A stretch of 64,000 nucleotides of DNA from Armatimonadota bacterium. Its GTDB lineage: Bacteria > Armatimonadota > UBA5829 > DSUL01. Where the stretch lies: the NCBI GenBank assembly GCA_039811685.1, contig JBDHZC010000002.1, forward strand, positions 352,001 to 416,000. Direction: 5' to 3'. The notes beneath the pieces were generated by a model that saw only the letters and a program-made list of their open reading frames with translations, had not been told where the DNA came from and made no database searches. The position numbers were made by a program, and so were the translations under genes. Below are positions 22,210 through 31,839 of the stretch, one piece after another. Position 1 is the first letter of the stretch. The number at the start of each line of letters is the position of its first letter.

Positions 22210-23058
22210 ATGTTCCGCAACCTCAGCCCCGGCGCCATTGGTGTCAACCCGGCAGATATAGACGTGTTTCAGGCAGCCAGTTCTGCCGGATTTGAAGGGC
22301 TGGACCCGGACTTCGCTCCCCTTCTGGCTGGAGGTAGCGCTGCGGAGTTCAAAGCGCGCTTTGAGGAGCACGGGCTGAAAATCGGCGGTTGGGGACTACC
22401 GGTTGCGGTGTACGGCTCTGACGAGGAGTATGATGCGGCTCTCTCGCGGCTGAGCGCCGTAGCCGAAGCGGCCGCATCTGTGGGCGCCGTGCGCTCGGCA
22501 ACGTGGATATTGCCATGCTCGGACACTCTGCCCTACGAAGAGAATTTCGATTTTCATGTCAGGCGCCTGAAGCCCTGCGCCGATGTGCTGGATCGGTTCG
22601 GGTGCCGCCTGGGTCTGGAGTTCATCGGGCCCAGGACGTTTCGCGAGACCAAACCGCACGCCTTCATTCACACGCAGGATGAGATGCTTGCGCTCGCGCG
22701 CGCGGTCGGGCCGAATGTGGGCCTGCTGTTTGACTCATGGCACTGGTACACATCGCACGGAACACTGGAAGATATCGAAGGCCTGACAGATGATGACATT
22801 GTTCAGGTGCATATTAACGACGCCCCCGCAGGAGTGGACGTGGACGAGCAGATTGACAACGTGCGGGCGCTTCCAGGTGAGACCGGCGTCATTGACCTCA
22901 CAGGTTTTCTGCGCACGCTGAACAAGATCGGCTATAGCGGCCCGGTAACGCCGGAGCCTTTCAGCGCCAGGCTCAAAGAGATGTCCGCGGAGCGCGCCCT
23001 CAAGGCTGCGGGTGAGGCGCTGGAGTTGACCTGGGTGAAGGCGCTGGGCGTGCGCTGA
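22210..23058 (+). CDS. Sugar phosphate isomerase/epimerase (xylose isomerase-like TIM barrel)
   Basis: Metal motifs LGLEF, LLFDSWHW, VHINDA, RALPGETGVID and VTPEPF. Confidence 0.9.
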   Translation: MFRNLSPGAIGVNPADIDVFQAASSAGFEGLDPDFAPLLAGGSAAEFKARFEEHGLKIGGWGLPVAVYGSDEEYDAALSRLSAVAEAAASVGAVRSATWILPCSDTLPYEENFDFHVRRLKPCADVLDRFGCRLGLEFIGPRTFRETKPHAFIHTQDEMLALARAVGPNVGLLFDSWHWYTSHGTLEDIEGLTDDDIVQVHINDAPAGVDVDEQIDNVRALPGETGVIDLTGFLRTLNKIGYSGPVTPEPFSARLKEMSAERALKAAGEALELTWVKALGVR

Positions 23059-23184
23059 CGCGTGTAACCTCCGGTAACTTCTCCTGACGCCGCAGGCCGT
23101 CTCACGTCGAAATGTCTACTTGCGCAAAACCAGATGCAGAAAGGGGATACCCTCGAGTGTAACGGCATCGCGCTGTGCGCCAGC

Positions 23185-24231
23185 TCAGCCGGCCTCCCAC
23201 AGCTTCCTGGCCTGCGCAAGCTGTGAGATAGCCCGAAGGTGATCCTGGCGCACTTCTTCCAGCGTCGGCCGCCACGGAGCCGTCATAAATCCGGATATCC
23301 GGTTCACGTCCAGGTTCTCACGGCAGAAGCGTACGGTCCCTTCAGAGTTGGTGTCGTCTGAGTAGTTGCTGAAGGTCGGAACCTGCTCATAGCCGCGCGA
23401 ATCCAGCTCCAGATACGCGCCCACTTCTTTGATGTCGCTGCGGAACTCCGGGTTGTAGTACCAGTTGCTCTGCAGGACGGAGCGCGGCATCCTCTCCCAG
23501 AACATTTCGGGATATTCCCAAACGTAGTCCGACCAGATCCAGCCACGCACGCCCTTCTTCTCCACCTCGTTCAGTAGAAAGAAAAAGTCGTTCCACCACA
23601 GATCAAACTGGCGGATTACAACGTACCCCTGATGCGCCTGATGCTTGTAGCTCTCCTCATCCATCCCCAGATGGAACAGCCTTGGCGTGTCAAAAATCTC
23701 AATCACTTCGCGGATCAGATCACGGCAGACGTCATAGTAGGCAGGGGTCGAGATCATCCGGGCGTAAGGCCCAAGCCAGATATCGTGAGTTGCGGAGAAA
23801 TTCAGCTTTGGAATCGGCTCCAGGCCCATCTCCCGCATCTTCTGGAGCTCCGAGCGAAGCTCTTCAACACTCCACGCGTTTTCCACCGCGATTTCAGGAT
23901 GGCTGTCGTATCTGACGCCGTCTCCCAGATCTATAATGATCATGTTGATTCCGGCATCACGGCTCGCCGTGAGCAAATCATCCCACAGGGAACGATCGAA
24001 ACGCAGATATGGCTTATACGAGACATACCGGCTCTTCGGAAGCTCCGGCGCTTCGCGATCGAGCCACATGTTGTAGCTGAGGTGCAAGAGATTTGCCCAG
24101 ATCAATGGTGCCTCCAGACGCCGCGTTGTGTCTTCCGGCGACAGTATGGATTTCTGCTTATGAGTCACTCTTCCTGCCAGATGAGCGGCTCTGTCGCGAA
24201 AAGTAGCGATAGAAGTTGAATCTTTTGCCAA
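23185..24231 (-). CDS. GH20-like TIM-barrel glycoside hydrolase
   Basis: DGVRYDSHPEI, EPIPKLN, FHLGMDEE (similar to the GH20 HxGxDE catalytic motif) and WIWSD. Start codon uncertain. Confidence 0.7.
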   Translation of the reverse strand: MAKDSTSIATFRDRAAHLAGRVTHKQKSILSPEDTTRRLEAPLIWANLLHLSYNMWLDREAPELPKSRYVSYKPYLRFDRSLWDDLLTASRDAGINMIIIDLGDGVRYDSHPEIAVENAWSVEELRSELQKMREMGLEPIPKLNFSATHDIWLGPYARMISTPAYYDVCRDLIREVIEIFDTPRLFHLGMDEESYKHQAHQGYVVIRQFDLWWNDFFFLLNEVEKKGVRGWIWSDYVWEYPEMFWERMPRSVLQSNWYYNPEFRSDIKEVGAYLELDSRGYEQVPTFSNYSDDTNSEGTVRFCRENLDVNRISGFMTAPWRPTLEEVRQDHLRAISQLAQARKLWEAG

Positions 24232-24346
24232 TCATTGTAACAACGCTCCCAGCGCGGCTCGGCGGGGTGTACAATGTAAACGGTAACTTAAAGGAGAAGG
24301 GCCACGGGCACATTCCTTTCGAATGTGACAGCCTCGACGATTAGAA

Positions 24347-25324
24347 GTGAGTTCGCCTGGCAAAGAAAAACAACAGCCTCTGCGAAAAGCAGCCCGAAAA
24401 ACAATTGTCCGGCATGCTCGCTCTCTGCTGCGGCAGTCCGCCTGCTACAAAGCAAAGAGCGACGACACGGAGCCAGTGCACCAGATGCGCGTAGCTTCCA
24501 GACGGCTGCGGGCTGCGCTGGAGATTTTCGGGTTTTGCTATGCGCGCAGTGAAACTAAGGCTCTGCGGCGTGAAGTCAAGCAGGTGACGGCGGCTCTGGG
24601 TCCAGCCCGCGATCTGGATGTGTTGATCGGGTTTCTGACGGAGTACACACGTCAGAGCCGCGCCGAAGATTTGGACGCGCTCGAGTTGTTGACCCACCAC
24701 AAGATAGACGAGCGACGCAGACTGGACTGCCGTGTGCGGAGGACTGTCAAGGATTTGAAGAAGCGCAAGCTCCTGCGTCGCGTGAAAGAGTTTACCGTGT
24801 TTGCCAGCAACGGGCACGCCTTCAAAGCCCGCAAGCCCGAAGAGATCGATCTGCCTCCTCTGGACTCTCCTTTGCGGGACTTCGCCCGTCCACTTCTGTA
24901 TCCACGTCTTGAGACGCTGCTCTCCTGGCTTCCACAGGTCAGAGCATCGGGTGAATCGGAAGCGTTGCACAGCATGCGCATTGACGCCAAGCGCCTTCGC
25001 TACGCGATGGAGCCCTTTGAAGGATGTCTGGAGCGCAACTTCGGAGCAGTCCTGCGAGATGTGCAGAAGGTGCAGGAAGTGCTGGGGGAAGTTCACGACT
25101 GCGATGTGTGGTCTGAGATGGCGACGGAGTTTCGCGAGCGCTACCGCACGGGGCATGACGCCTACCAAAGGCTCATAGACCATCTGCATACGCGCCGGAG
25201 TGAGCTGTATCAGAGCTTCATCGAGTGGTGGTCTCCGGGCGCTGAGCTGGAGTTTCGCCGGCGATTTCTCGACGCCATGCCTCTGAAAACAGGCTTTCCG
25301 GAACGGAGAGAGACCGGCAGTTGA
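24347..25324 (+). CDS. CHAD domain polyphosphate-binding protein
   Basis: Both CHAD halves present: VHQMRVASRRLR...LGPARDLDV and LHSMRIDAKRLRY...LGEVHDCDV. Confidence 0.92.
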   Translation: MSSPGKEKQQPLRKAARKTIVRHARSLLRQSACYKAKSDDTEPVHQMRVASRRLRAALEIFGFCYARSETKALRREVKQVTAALGPARDLDVLIGFLTEYTRQSRAEDLDALELLTHHKIDERRRLDCRVRRTVKDLKKRKLLRRVKEFTVFASNGHAFKARKPEEIDLPPLDSPLRDFARPLLYPRLETLLSWLPQVRASGESEALHSMRIDAKRLRYAMEPFEGCLERNFGAVLRDVQKVQEVLGEVHDCDVWSEMATEFRERYRTGHDAYQRLIDHLHTRRSELYQSFIEWWSPGAELEFRRRFLDAMPLKTGFPERRETGS

Positions 25325-26256
25325 CGATGGCACTGCGCCGGGTTGCGGCTATTGACGCCGGTACAAACTCGGTTCTGTTGCTGGTAGCGGATGTAGATGT
25401 GGCGACCGGGAAGATTGAGCCGGTTGCCGATGAGTCTGTCATTGCGCGCCTCGGAAAAGGTGTGGACGCATCAGGACAGCTCGACGCCAGCGCGATTCAG
25501 CGCTCACTGGAGGCGGTGGAGAGATTTTGTGAGACAGCTCGCAGCCTCGGGGTGCAGCAGATCGCGCTTGTGGGAACCAGCGCTCTGAGGGATGCCAGCA
25601 ACGCCGCAGCTTTTCTGGAACCGGCGCAGGCTTTGTGCCAGACTCGTTGTCACGTGATCTCAGGAGACCTCGAAGCCAGAATGTCCTGGGTCTCTGTAAC
25701 TTCAGACTGCTCACTTGGGGCCCGGTATCCTCTGGCAATCGCAGACGTGGGCGGCGGGAGCACGGAGTTCGCGTCTGGAGTGGGACCATCGCCTGATTAT
25801 ATTCAGAGCGTAGATGTAGGCGCTGTGCGCCTCACAGAGCGCCATCTGCAAGGGGATCCTCCGGAACCCGGCGAGCTGGAGGCGGCACGAACGCACGCCC
25901 GAACCGAGCTGAGCCACGCCCTTTCGAAGCGCAAAGCTGCAACTCTGGTGGGAATCGGCGGCACAGTTGTCAACCTCGGGTGCGTCGCCTTCGGTGCGCT
26001 CAACTACGAACAGGTTCACGGCCACCGGCTGAGCCTTAAGACTATCTCTGAGCTCATTGTTTCCCTCGCCAGCAAGACTCTCCACGAGCGCCGGCTGACG
26101 CCCGGGCTGGAGCCTGAACGAGCAGACGTCATCGTCGGAGGGGCTGTTATTTTCGAGGCGCTTCTGACGGGGATGAAGCTCAGCGAAGTTACAATCAGTG
26201 TCCGTGGAGCCCGCTACGGCATAGCGATGGAGTTGGCTGCAGGGCGATGGAACTGA
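25321..26256 (+). CDS. ppx: Ppx/GppA phosphatase, short form (ASKHA domain only)
   Basis: AAIDAGTNS, GTSALRDA, ISGDLEA, DVGGGSTE and RADVIVGG. Confidence 0.9.
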   Translation: MTMALRRVAAIDAGTNSVLLLVADVDVATGKIEPVADESVIARLGKGVDASGQLDASAIQRSLEAVERFCETARSLGVQQIALVGTSALRDASNAAAFLEPAQALCQTRCHVISGDLEARMSWVSVTSDCSLGARYPLAIADVGGGSTEFASGVGPSPDYIQSVDVGAVRLTERHLQGDPPEPGELEAARTHARTELSHALSKRKAATLVGIGGTVVNLGCVAFGALNYEQVHGHRLSLKTISELIVSLASKTLHERRLTPGLEPERADVIVGGAVIFEALLTGMKLSEVTISVRGARYGIAMELAAGRWN

Positions 26257-26855
26257 GCAAGCTCCACGTTGAGGCGCCGCCTGAGCTACTGCGGCTTGCG
26301 GAGCGCTGCCGCTATGAAGAAGGCCACACCTTGCAGGTCCTGCGCCTTGCCCTGGCCTTGTTTGATGAGCTGCAGAAACTGCACAGGATGCCACCGGAAG
26401 CAAGACGTATTCTGATGGAAGGCGCACTGCTGCACGACATAGGCTGGTGTAAAGGGCGCAAAGGGCACCACAAGAGCTCCTACAGCATCGCCGTGAGCGC
26501 TGAGTTGGAAAGCGTTCCATCGCATGAACTGGACATGGCCGCTCAGGTCGGGCGCTACCATAGAAAATCTGCCCCATCGCTGGAGCATGCGCCTTTTGCG
26601 CGTCTCGGCCCACAGGACAGAGATACGGTCACGCGACTCAGCGCCATCCTGCGTGTGGCAGACGGGCTGGATCGGGGACATCAAAACATCGTCACAGCGT
26701 TACGGTGCGAGGTGACTGACAGGGAAGTGACAGTGCATCTGGAATGCGCAGGGAACGCAGAGCTTGAGATCTGGGGCGCGCAGCGCAAGGCGGGACTCTT
26801 TGAGAGGGTCTTTCAGCGCAGACTTGTCTTTGTGGCAGTTCGACGGCTAGAGTAG
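26247..26855 (+). CDS. Stand-alone HD domain of the Ppx/GppA C-terminal type
   Basis: H..QV, ALLHDIG, HHKSSY, YHRKS and ILRVADGLDRGH. Confidence 0.88.
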   Translation: MELSKLHVEAPPELLRLAERCRYEEGHTLQVLRLALALFDELQKLHRMPPEARRILMEGALLHDIGWCKGRKGHHKSSYSIAVSAELESVPSHELDMAAQVGRYHRKSAPSLEHAPFARLGPQDRDTVTRLSAILRVADGLDRGHQNIVTALRCEVTDREVTVHLECAGNAELEIWGAQRKAGLFERVFQRRLVFVAVRRLE

Positions 26856-26859
26856 ATAT

Positions 26860-28509
26860 GTGACAGTGACAAAATTCGGCGCAATTGACGTCGGCACCAA
26901 CTCCATCCGGCTCCTGGTTGTCGCGATTGACGCACGCGATCACTCCTTCACCGTTATCCACGACATCAAAGAGACTGCGCGTCTGGGCGAAGGGGAGTTT
27001 CTACACAATAGAATCACACCCGAAGCTATGGATCGCGCCGTCACCGTGATCAGCCACTTTGTCGAAGTCGCCAGAGGCTATGAGGTGGGGGAAATCCGCG
27101 TCGTAGCCACATCCGCCGTGCGCGAAGCAGACAACCAGCAGGAGTTCCTGGACTGCGTCCGTGAATCCTGCGGCCTCGAGGTCGAGGTCATCTCGGGCAA
27201 AGAGGAGGCGCGTCTGATCTACCTGGGAGTTCTGGCCGGAGCGACGCTGCAGGGCAAGCAGGCGCTCTTCATTGACGTGGGAGGTGGCTCTACAGAGCTG
27301 GTCATCGGAGACCGGCAGCAGTACTATCTGCTCGAAAGTCTCAAACTGGGGACAATCCGCCTTACGAATCGCTTTCTGGGCGACGGGCGTGCGGCGGTCT
27401 CCAGGAAAAAATACGCACAACTGCAGGAATACATCCGCGGGGTAGCCGTGCACGCAGCGCGCAAGATCCACAATCTGGGCTTTGAGCTGGTTCTGTGCAG
27501 CTCGGGCACGGCGATAAATCTGGGAGAGATGGTCGCGGCCATGCTCGGTGAAAAACCCACCTCCATCCGCCAGTATCCAGTCCGCCTGGACGATATTACC
27601 AGAGTGCGTGAAATGCTGTGCAAAGCGCCCTATGACGAGCGGCGAAAGCTGCCGGGAATCAAGCCTGAGCGCGCAGATATAATGGTGGCCGGCGTTGCGG
27701 TCATCGAGACAATTCTGGAGCAGGTTGGAGCGCAGCAGATGCATGTGGCTGACTATGCTTTGCGGGAAGGTCTGGTCGTTGACCACATTATCCGCGATGA
27801 ACAGGCGAGAGAACACTTCACGGCTGTATCGCCGCGGAAGCGCAGCGTGCTGCAGCTTGCGCGAAGCTGTGGGTACGAGGCCGAACACGCAGAGCAAATC
27901 CGCCATCTCTGCCTGTCTCTGTTCGATCAGCTCTGGGAGCTGGGGCTGCACCGGATGAACCGTCACGACCGGGAACTGCTGGAGTACGGCGCTTATCTCC
28001 ACGACGTGGGTTTTTTTATCTCCCATACCAACCACCACCAGCACGCCTACTACCTGATTCGCCACAGCGAGCTGCTGGGGTTCAACGACCGTGAACAGGC
28101 GATTCTGGCCAATCTTGCGCTGTACCACCGCAAGTCCACTCCAAAGAAGAAGCACGCCGGTTTTATGGCTCTGGACAGCCAGGCTCGATCTCTTGTCGAA
28201 AAGCTCTCCTGCCTGCTGCGCATTGCCGAAGGGCTGGACAGAAGCCACCTGTCACTGGTCAGAAATATAACGCTGGAGCGGGATGACAATGGCGTGAAGA
28301 TGACGATAGACAGCGCGTCGGACTGTCAGCTTGAATTGTGGGGAGTGGAAAGCCAGCTTGGGGTATTCCGGTCCGTTTTCGGAGCGGCGATGTCGGTTTC
28401 GGTCCATCACGAAGCGGACTCGGGCGCGTCGGATAGCCGCACAGAGGATGTAACGGGCCGGGAGGCAGACAAGGTTAGCCTGACACTGCCAGAGCGATCC
28501 AGTGAGTGA
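26860..28509 (+). CDS. ppx: Exopolyphosphatase Ppx/GppA, long form (ASKHA + HD)
   Basis: AIDVGTNSIR, ATSAVREA, EEARLIY, DVGGGSTE, LREG, then YLHDVG, HHQHAY and LRIAEGLDRSH. Confidence 0.95.
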   Translation: MTVTKFGAIDVGTNSIRLLVVAIDARDHSFTVIHDIKETARLGEGEFLHNRITPEAMDRAVTVISHFVEVARGYEVGEIRVVATSAVREADNQQEFLDCVRESCGLEVEVISGKEEARLIYLGVLAGATLQGKQALFIDVGGGSTELVIGDRQQYYLLESLKLGTIRLTNRFLGDGRAAVSRKKYAQLQEYIRGVAVHAARKIHNLGFELVLCSSGTAINLGEMVAAMLGEKPTSIRQYPVRLDDITRVREMLCKAPYDERRKLPGIKPERADIMVAGVAVIETILEQVGAQQMHVADYALREGLVVDHIIRDEQAREHFTAVSPRKRSVLQLARSCGYEAEHAEQIRHLCLSLFDQLWELGLHRMNRHDRELLEYGAYLHDVGFFISHTNHHQHAYYLIRHSELLGFNDREQAILANLALYHRKSTPKKKHAGFMALDSQARSLVEKLSCLLRIAEGLDRSHLSLVRNITLERDDNGVKMTIDSASDCQLELWGVESQLGVFRSVFGAAMSVSVHHEADSGASDSRTEDVTGREADKVSLTLPERSSE

Positions 28510-29413
28510 AAGCGCAGCGGCTTACAGAACGGGCATATGGTCGCGCGTTGCGGCCGTGCGCGGCCCTGCAGCTATCATTGTCGGAGCAATCAGCTTCAGC
28601 GTCATGGCTATTGCAGTACGCTTTCTGACGCGCGCCGGTATTCCAGCCGGTGAGCTGGTTATGATCCGCTTCTCGATGGGGCTGGCCATGCTGGAAGCGC
28701 TGAGGATTGCCGGTGTCATCAACATCTCGCACCGGCGGTGGCAGGCTCTCTGGGGACGGGGCATCACCGGCGCGCTAGCAATTCTGTTTTACTTCCTCAG
28801 CATCCAGTACACCACACTCACCAAAGCTACGCTGCTCTCAAATGCCTATCCGGTCTTCGCAGCGCTTATGGCAGTGCTGGCGCTGGAGGAGAAAATTCAG
28901 TGGCCGACAGCCATCTCATTCGCACTGTCAGGGCTGGGAATGTGGATGGTTGCCCGTCCAGGCCCGGGTTGGGCGGTGGGAGACGGCTACGGCATACTGG
29001 GGGCTTTGACGGCGGGTATGGCCATCGTGTTTATCCGCCACCTGCGCAGAACTGAAAACCCGTTCTCCATCTTCTGGTATCTGTGCGCGTTCGGCTCGGC
29101 TCTGGGTGCGCTGACGTGCGCGCGCAACTTCGTTGTACCGTCTGGTGATCTCTTTGTTCTGATACTCGTCATGGGTATCACGAGCACACTGGGACAGCTT
29201 CTGATTACCTATGGCTTCGGCTACATTCGCGCCGGCGAAGGCTCCCTCATCAGTATGTCCACCGTCGCCTACAGCGGCCTGTTTGCGTGGTTTTTTCTGG
29301 GTGAGCGCCTGCCGGTGTCGGGCATGATTGGCGCGGGTCTGATTCTGGCCTGCGCAGCTTATCTGACTCTGCGCCCGCAGTCCGCAGCAGACGATTTCAT
29401 CCCGCGAGGATAG
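28502..29413 (+). CDS. DMT/EamA family transporter
   Basis: About 10 hydrophobic helices in two EamA repeats (LEEKI; FLGERL). Overlaps the ppx stop. Confidence 0.9.
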   Translation: MSESAAAYRTGIWSRVAAVRGPAAIIVGAISFSVMAIAVRFLTRAGIPAGELVMIRFSMGLAMLEALRIAGVINISHRRWQALWGRGITGALAILFYFLSIQYTTLTKATLLSNAYPVFAALMAVLALEEKIQWPTAISFALSGLGMWMVARPGPGWAVGDGYGILGALTAGMAIVFIRHLRRTENPFSIFWYLCAFGSALGALTCARNFVVPSGDLFVLILVMGITSTLGQLLITYGFGYIRAGEGSLISMSTVAYSGLFAWFFLGERLPVSGMIGAGLILACAAYLTLRPQSAADDFIPRG

Positions 29414-29665
29414 TAGAGGCCGCGTCGCCCTCGCTCCTCACCACCGATGCTCACCTCACCTGCTCTGACGCTCTCTGCTCTGATATAGGGTCAGGTCGGC
29501 TACCCTGAAGAGTAGTACGCGCTGCTGGTAGTTTCGTGAAAAAGGGTTGACGATGAAAAGGAGCGCAACTGAAGAAATTCAGCCGCGCCGCTGCGACCAG
29601 CGATTGGAGTCCGCCCGGCTTCGGGCAGTCCAGAGTGAGGATGGCGAGGGCGGCGCCACCCTGAC

Positions 29666-29798
29666 AAAATACGGCGGGCAGGGAAAGGAGAATGGAAAGC
29701 CTGCCCGCGAACCGCACAACCAATTGCAGCGCAATCCTGGGACTTATCGCGTAGCAACCGACCGTTCGGCGCGCCCCTGCGGACGCTTTGCGCGGCTC
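29666..29798 (-). ncRNA. Candidate small RNA of about 130 nt
   Basis: Has its own sigma70 promoter, a long 5' hairpin that starts at the predicted TSS, and a 3' terminator-like hairpin with a CU-rich loop. Confidence 0.55.
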
Positions 29799-29803
29799 AC
29801 GTA

Positions 29804-29832
29804 ATTATGCACATACTGCCAACGCGTGTCAA
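29804..29832 (-). promoter_or_regulatory. Strong sigma70 promoter facing a non-coding gap
   Basis: Minus strand TTGACA-N17-CATAAT with extended -10 TGTG. Confidence 0.7.
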
Positions 29833-29836
29833 GCCA

Positions 29837-30220
29837 TCAGTGCGACTTTTTTTCACGCTCACGCGTGTTATTGATGATGCGTTTCAATTCCTCTAGTTGG
29901 AACGGTTTGTAGAGGTACGTGTCCACACCCTGGCCTTCCGCAGCGGTCTCTGTCTCTTCCGTTGGATAGGCGGTCATCAGGACCACCGTCGCCTCTGGCG
30001 AGAACAGTTTTGCGGCACGCAGAAACTGAAGGCCGTCCATTCGTGGCATTCTCAAGTCCGCCAGGATCAGATCGAACGGCTGCTGACGGACTATGCCCAT
30101 TGCAGTAAAGGGTGAATCAGCGGCATCTACTCTACACCCTTCGATCTCCAGCAGCGTGAGCAACACCTGCAGCAGACTCCTGTCATCATCAACTACCAGA
30201 ACTTTTAGATCTTCGGGCAA
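29837..30220 (-). CDS. Single-domain response regulator (receiver)
   Basis: VLVVDDD, phospho-Asp in DLILADLRMPRMDG, MTAY and YKPF. Confidence 0.93.
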   Translation of the reverse strand: MPEDLKVLVVDDDRSLLQVLLTLLEIEGCRVDAADSPFTAMGIVRQQPFDLILADLRMPRMDGLQFLRAAKLFSPEATVVLMTAYPTEETETAAEGQGVDTYLYKPFQLEELKRIINNTREREKKSH

Positions 30221-30289
30221 AGGGTCACGGGCCTTTCTTCGGCTGGACTATCCCGCTGCGGCCACGGATAGCCGATCCATTTGACACAG

Positions 30290-30318
30290 TTATCGGCAGA
30301 TTACAAAAGTCCTCTTTA
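30290..30318 (-). promoter_or_regulatory. Putative sigma28 (FliA)-type promoter
   Basis: Minus strand TAAAG-N16-GCCGATAA. The spacer is slightly longer than canonical. Confidence 0.5.
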
Positions 30319-30477
30319 CGTCACAGACTTACCAGCAATTGACAGCAAAAACTACCCATACGGGTAATTATCAGCCAATTCTCTTGCCCTGCAGCGCGGC
30401 GGACTTGCTAATCCGAGCCCCGGAGCTTAGACTGCAGTCAGGCTCTAAACGGTGACAGACCGTGAGTTATTTCAAGT

Positions 30478-31143
30478 ATGCACAGAACGGCCGCTCCCGC
30501 ACAATCGCAGCGTCATTCTATAGCGCGCTCCAGTCCCCGGCGAGCCAGAGCCAGGCCCCGTGGTGTTATGCGCCGACTTGGCCAACCGGTTCTGGCCGGT
30601 GTTCTGCTTTATGTCTTGATTATAGCCGCTCGCATAGGCTACGCCGGAGCAACTGACGGCCGGAGAAAGTCTGATGTTATTGTCGTTCTAGGCGCGGCGC
30701 AGTTCAACGGCCGGCCGTCTCCGGTCTATCAGGCGCGGCTGGATCACGCTATTGACCTCTACAGGCAGGGCTATGCTCCGCTACTTCTGTTCACAGGCGG
30801 CAAGCGCCCCGGTGACACCTACACCGAAGCCAGCGCGGGACGGCTTTACGCGCTGCGCAAAGGGGTGCCAGACTCCGCCATTATGGAAGAACGCCAGGGG
30901 CGCACGACGAGTCAGAGCATGCGCTCAGCCGCTTCTATCCTGAGGCAGAATCATCTGCGTACGGCGCTACTCGTCAGCGATCCGTTCCACGCTCTGCGGC
31001 TGGCCCGGATGGCGAAAGACCTTCATATAGATGCCCGCGTCAGCCCTGCGAGAAACACACGCATCCAAAGCTTCTCTCTGAGGGCGCGCTACACCATGCG
31101 CGAGGTCTCTGTGTACACCGCGTACCGGCTGTTTGGTGAATAG
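30478..31143 (+). CDS. YdcF/ElyC (DUF218) family envelope protein
   Basis: TM helix, IVVLGA, RLDHA, FTGG, EA, and VSDPFHALR. Alternative start at 30568. Confidence 0.9.
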   Translation: MHRTAAPAQSQRHSIARSSPRRARARPRGVMRRLGQPVLAGVLLYVLIIAARIGYAGATDGRRKSDVIVVLGAAQFNGRPSPVYQARLDHAIDLYRQGYAPLLLFTGGKRPGDTYTEASAGRLYALRKGVPDSAIMEERQGRTTSQSMRSAASILRQNHLRTALLVSDPFHALRLARMAKDLHIDARVSPARNTRIQSFSLRARYTMREVSVYTAYRLFGE

Positions 31144-31305
31144 GGCACACACCGCTCAGAATACCCAAACCCGCTTGACTCCAGCGCAGCGCGACGTGTG
31201 CCACAATGGTGAAGGTATGCTAACATTCATCAATTCTGCAATGCACAGCCTGCACGGGCTGCCGGGTGGGCGGCGCCGGGAAAATCTTTGGGAGGAGTGC
31301 GAGTA

Positions 31306-31758
31306 ATGATTGACGGCGTGTTGATTAAGCCATTGAAGCGCAACGCCGATGAGCGCGGCTTTCTGATGGAGATGCTCAGGGCAGACGACGAAGAGTTCTT
31401 CGAGCGCTATCAACAGTCATACATCTCTTTGAATTATCCCGGGGTCATCCGGGCCTGGCACTATCACCTCAAGCAGAAAGACATCTGGGTCGTGCCGCAG
31501 GGTATGGTCAAGGCGGTGCTCTACGACGTACGCGAAGGCTCCCCGACAAAAGGGGAGGTTCAGGAAGTGCACATGGGGGTCAACAACATGGTCATGCTCA
31601 AAATCCCCATCGGCGTGTATCACGGATACAAAACCACCGGCCTTCAGCCTTCCCTTCTAATCAACTATCCTGATCAATTCTATGATCCGGCGGACGAATA
31701 CCGCGCGCCATACGACTCACCAGACATCCCCTACAACTGGGATATAAAGATGACCTGA
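31306..31758 (+). CDS. rmlC: dTDP-4-dehydrorhamnose 3,5-epimerase family (cupin)
   Basis: DERGFLME, PGVIRAWHYH, DVREGSPT and IPIGVYHGY. GGAGG RBS. Confidence 0.9.
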   Translation: MIDGVLIKPLKRNADERGFLMEMLRADDEEFFERYQQSYISLNYPGVIRAWHYHLKQKDIWVVPQGMVKAVLYDVREGSPTKGEVQEVHMGVNNMVMLKIPIGVYHGYKTTGLQPSLLINYPDQFYDPADEYRAPYDSPDIPYNWDIKMT

Positions 31759-31839
31759 GCGCGACGGCAGCGCTGTAACGGACTAACACTTTATCAAATC
31801 CGTCACCCTCACAGGTGGCACACCGGGAGACTTATCCTG

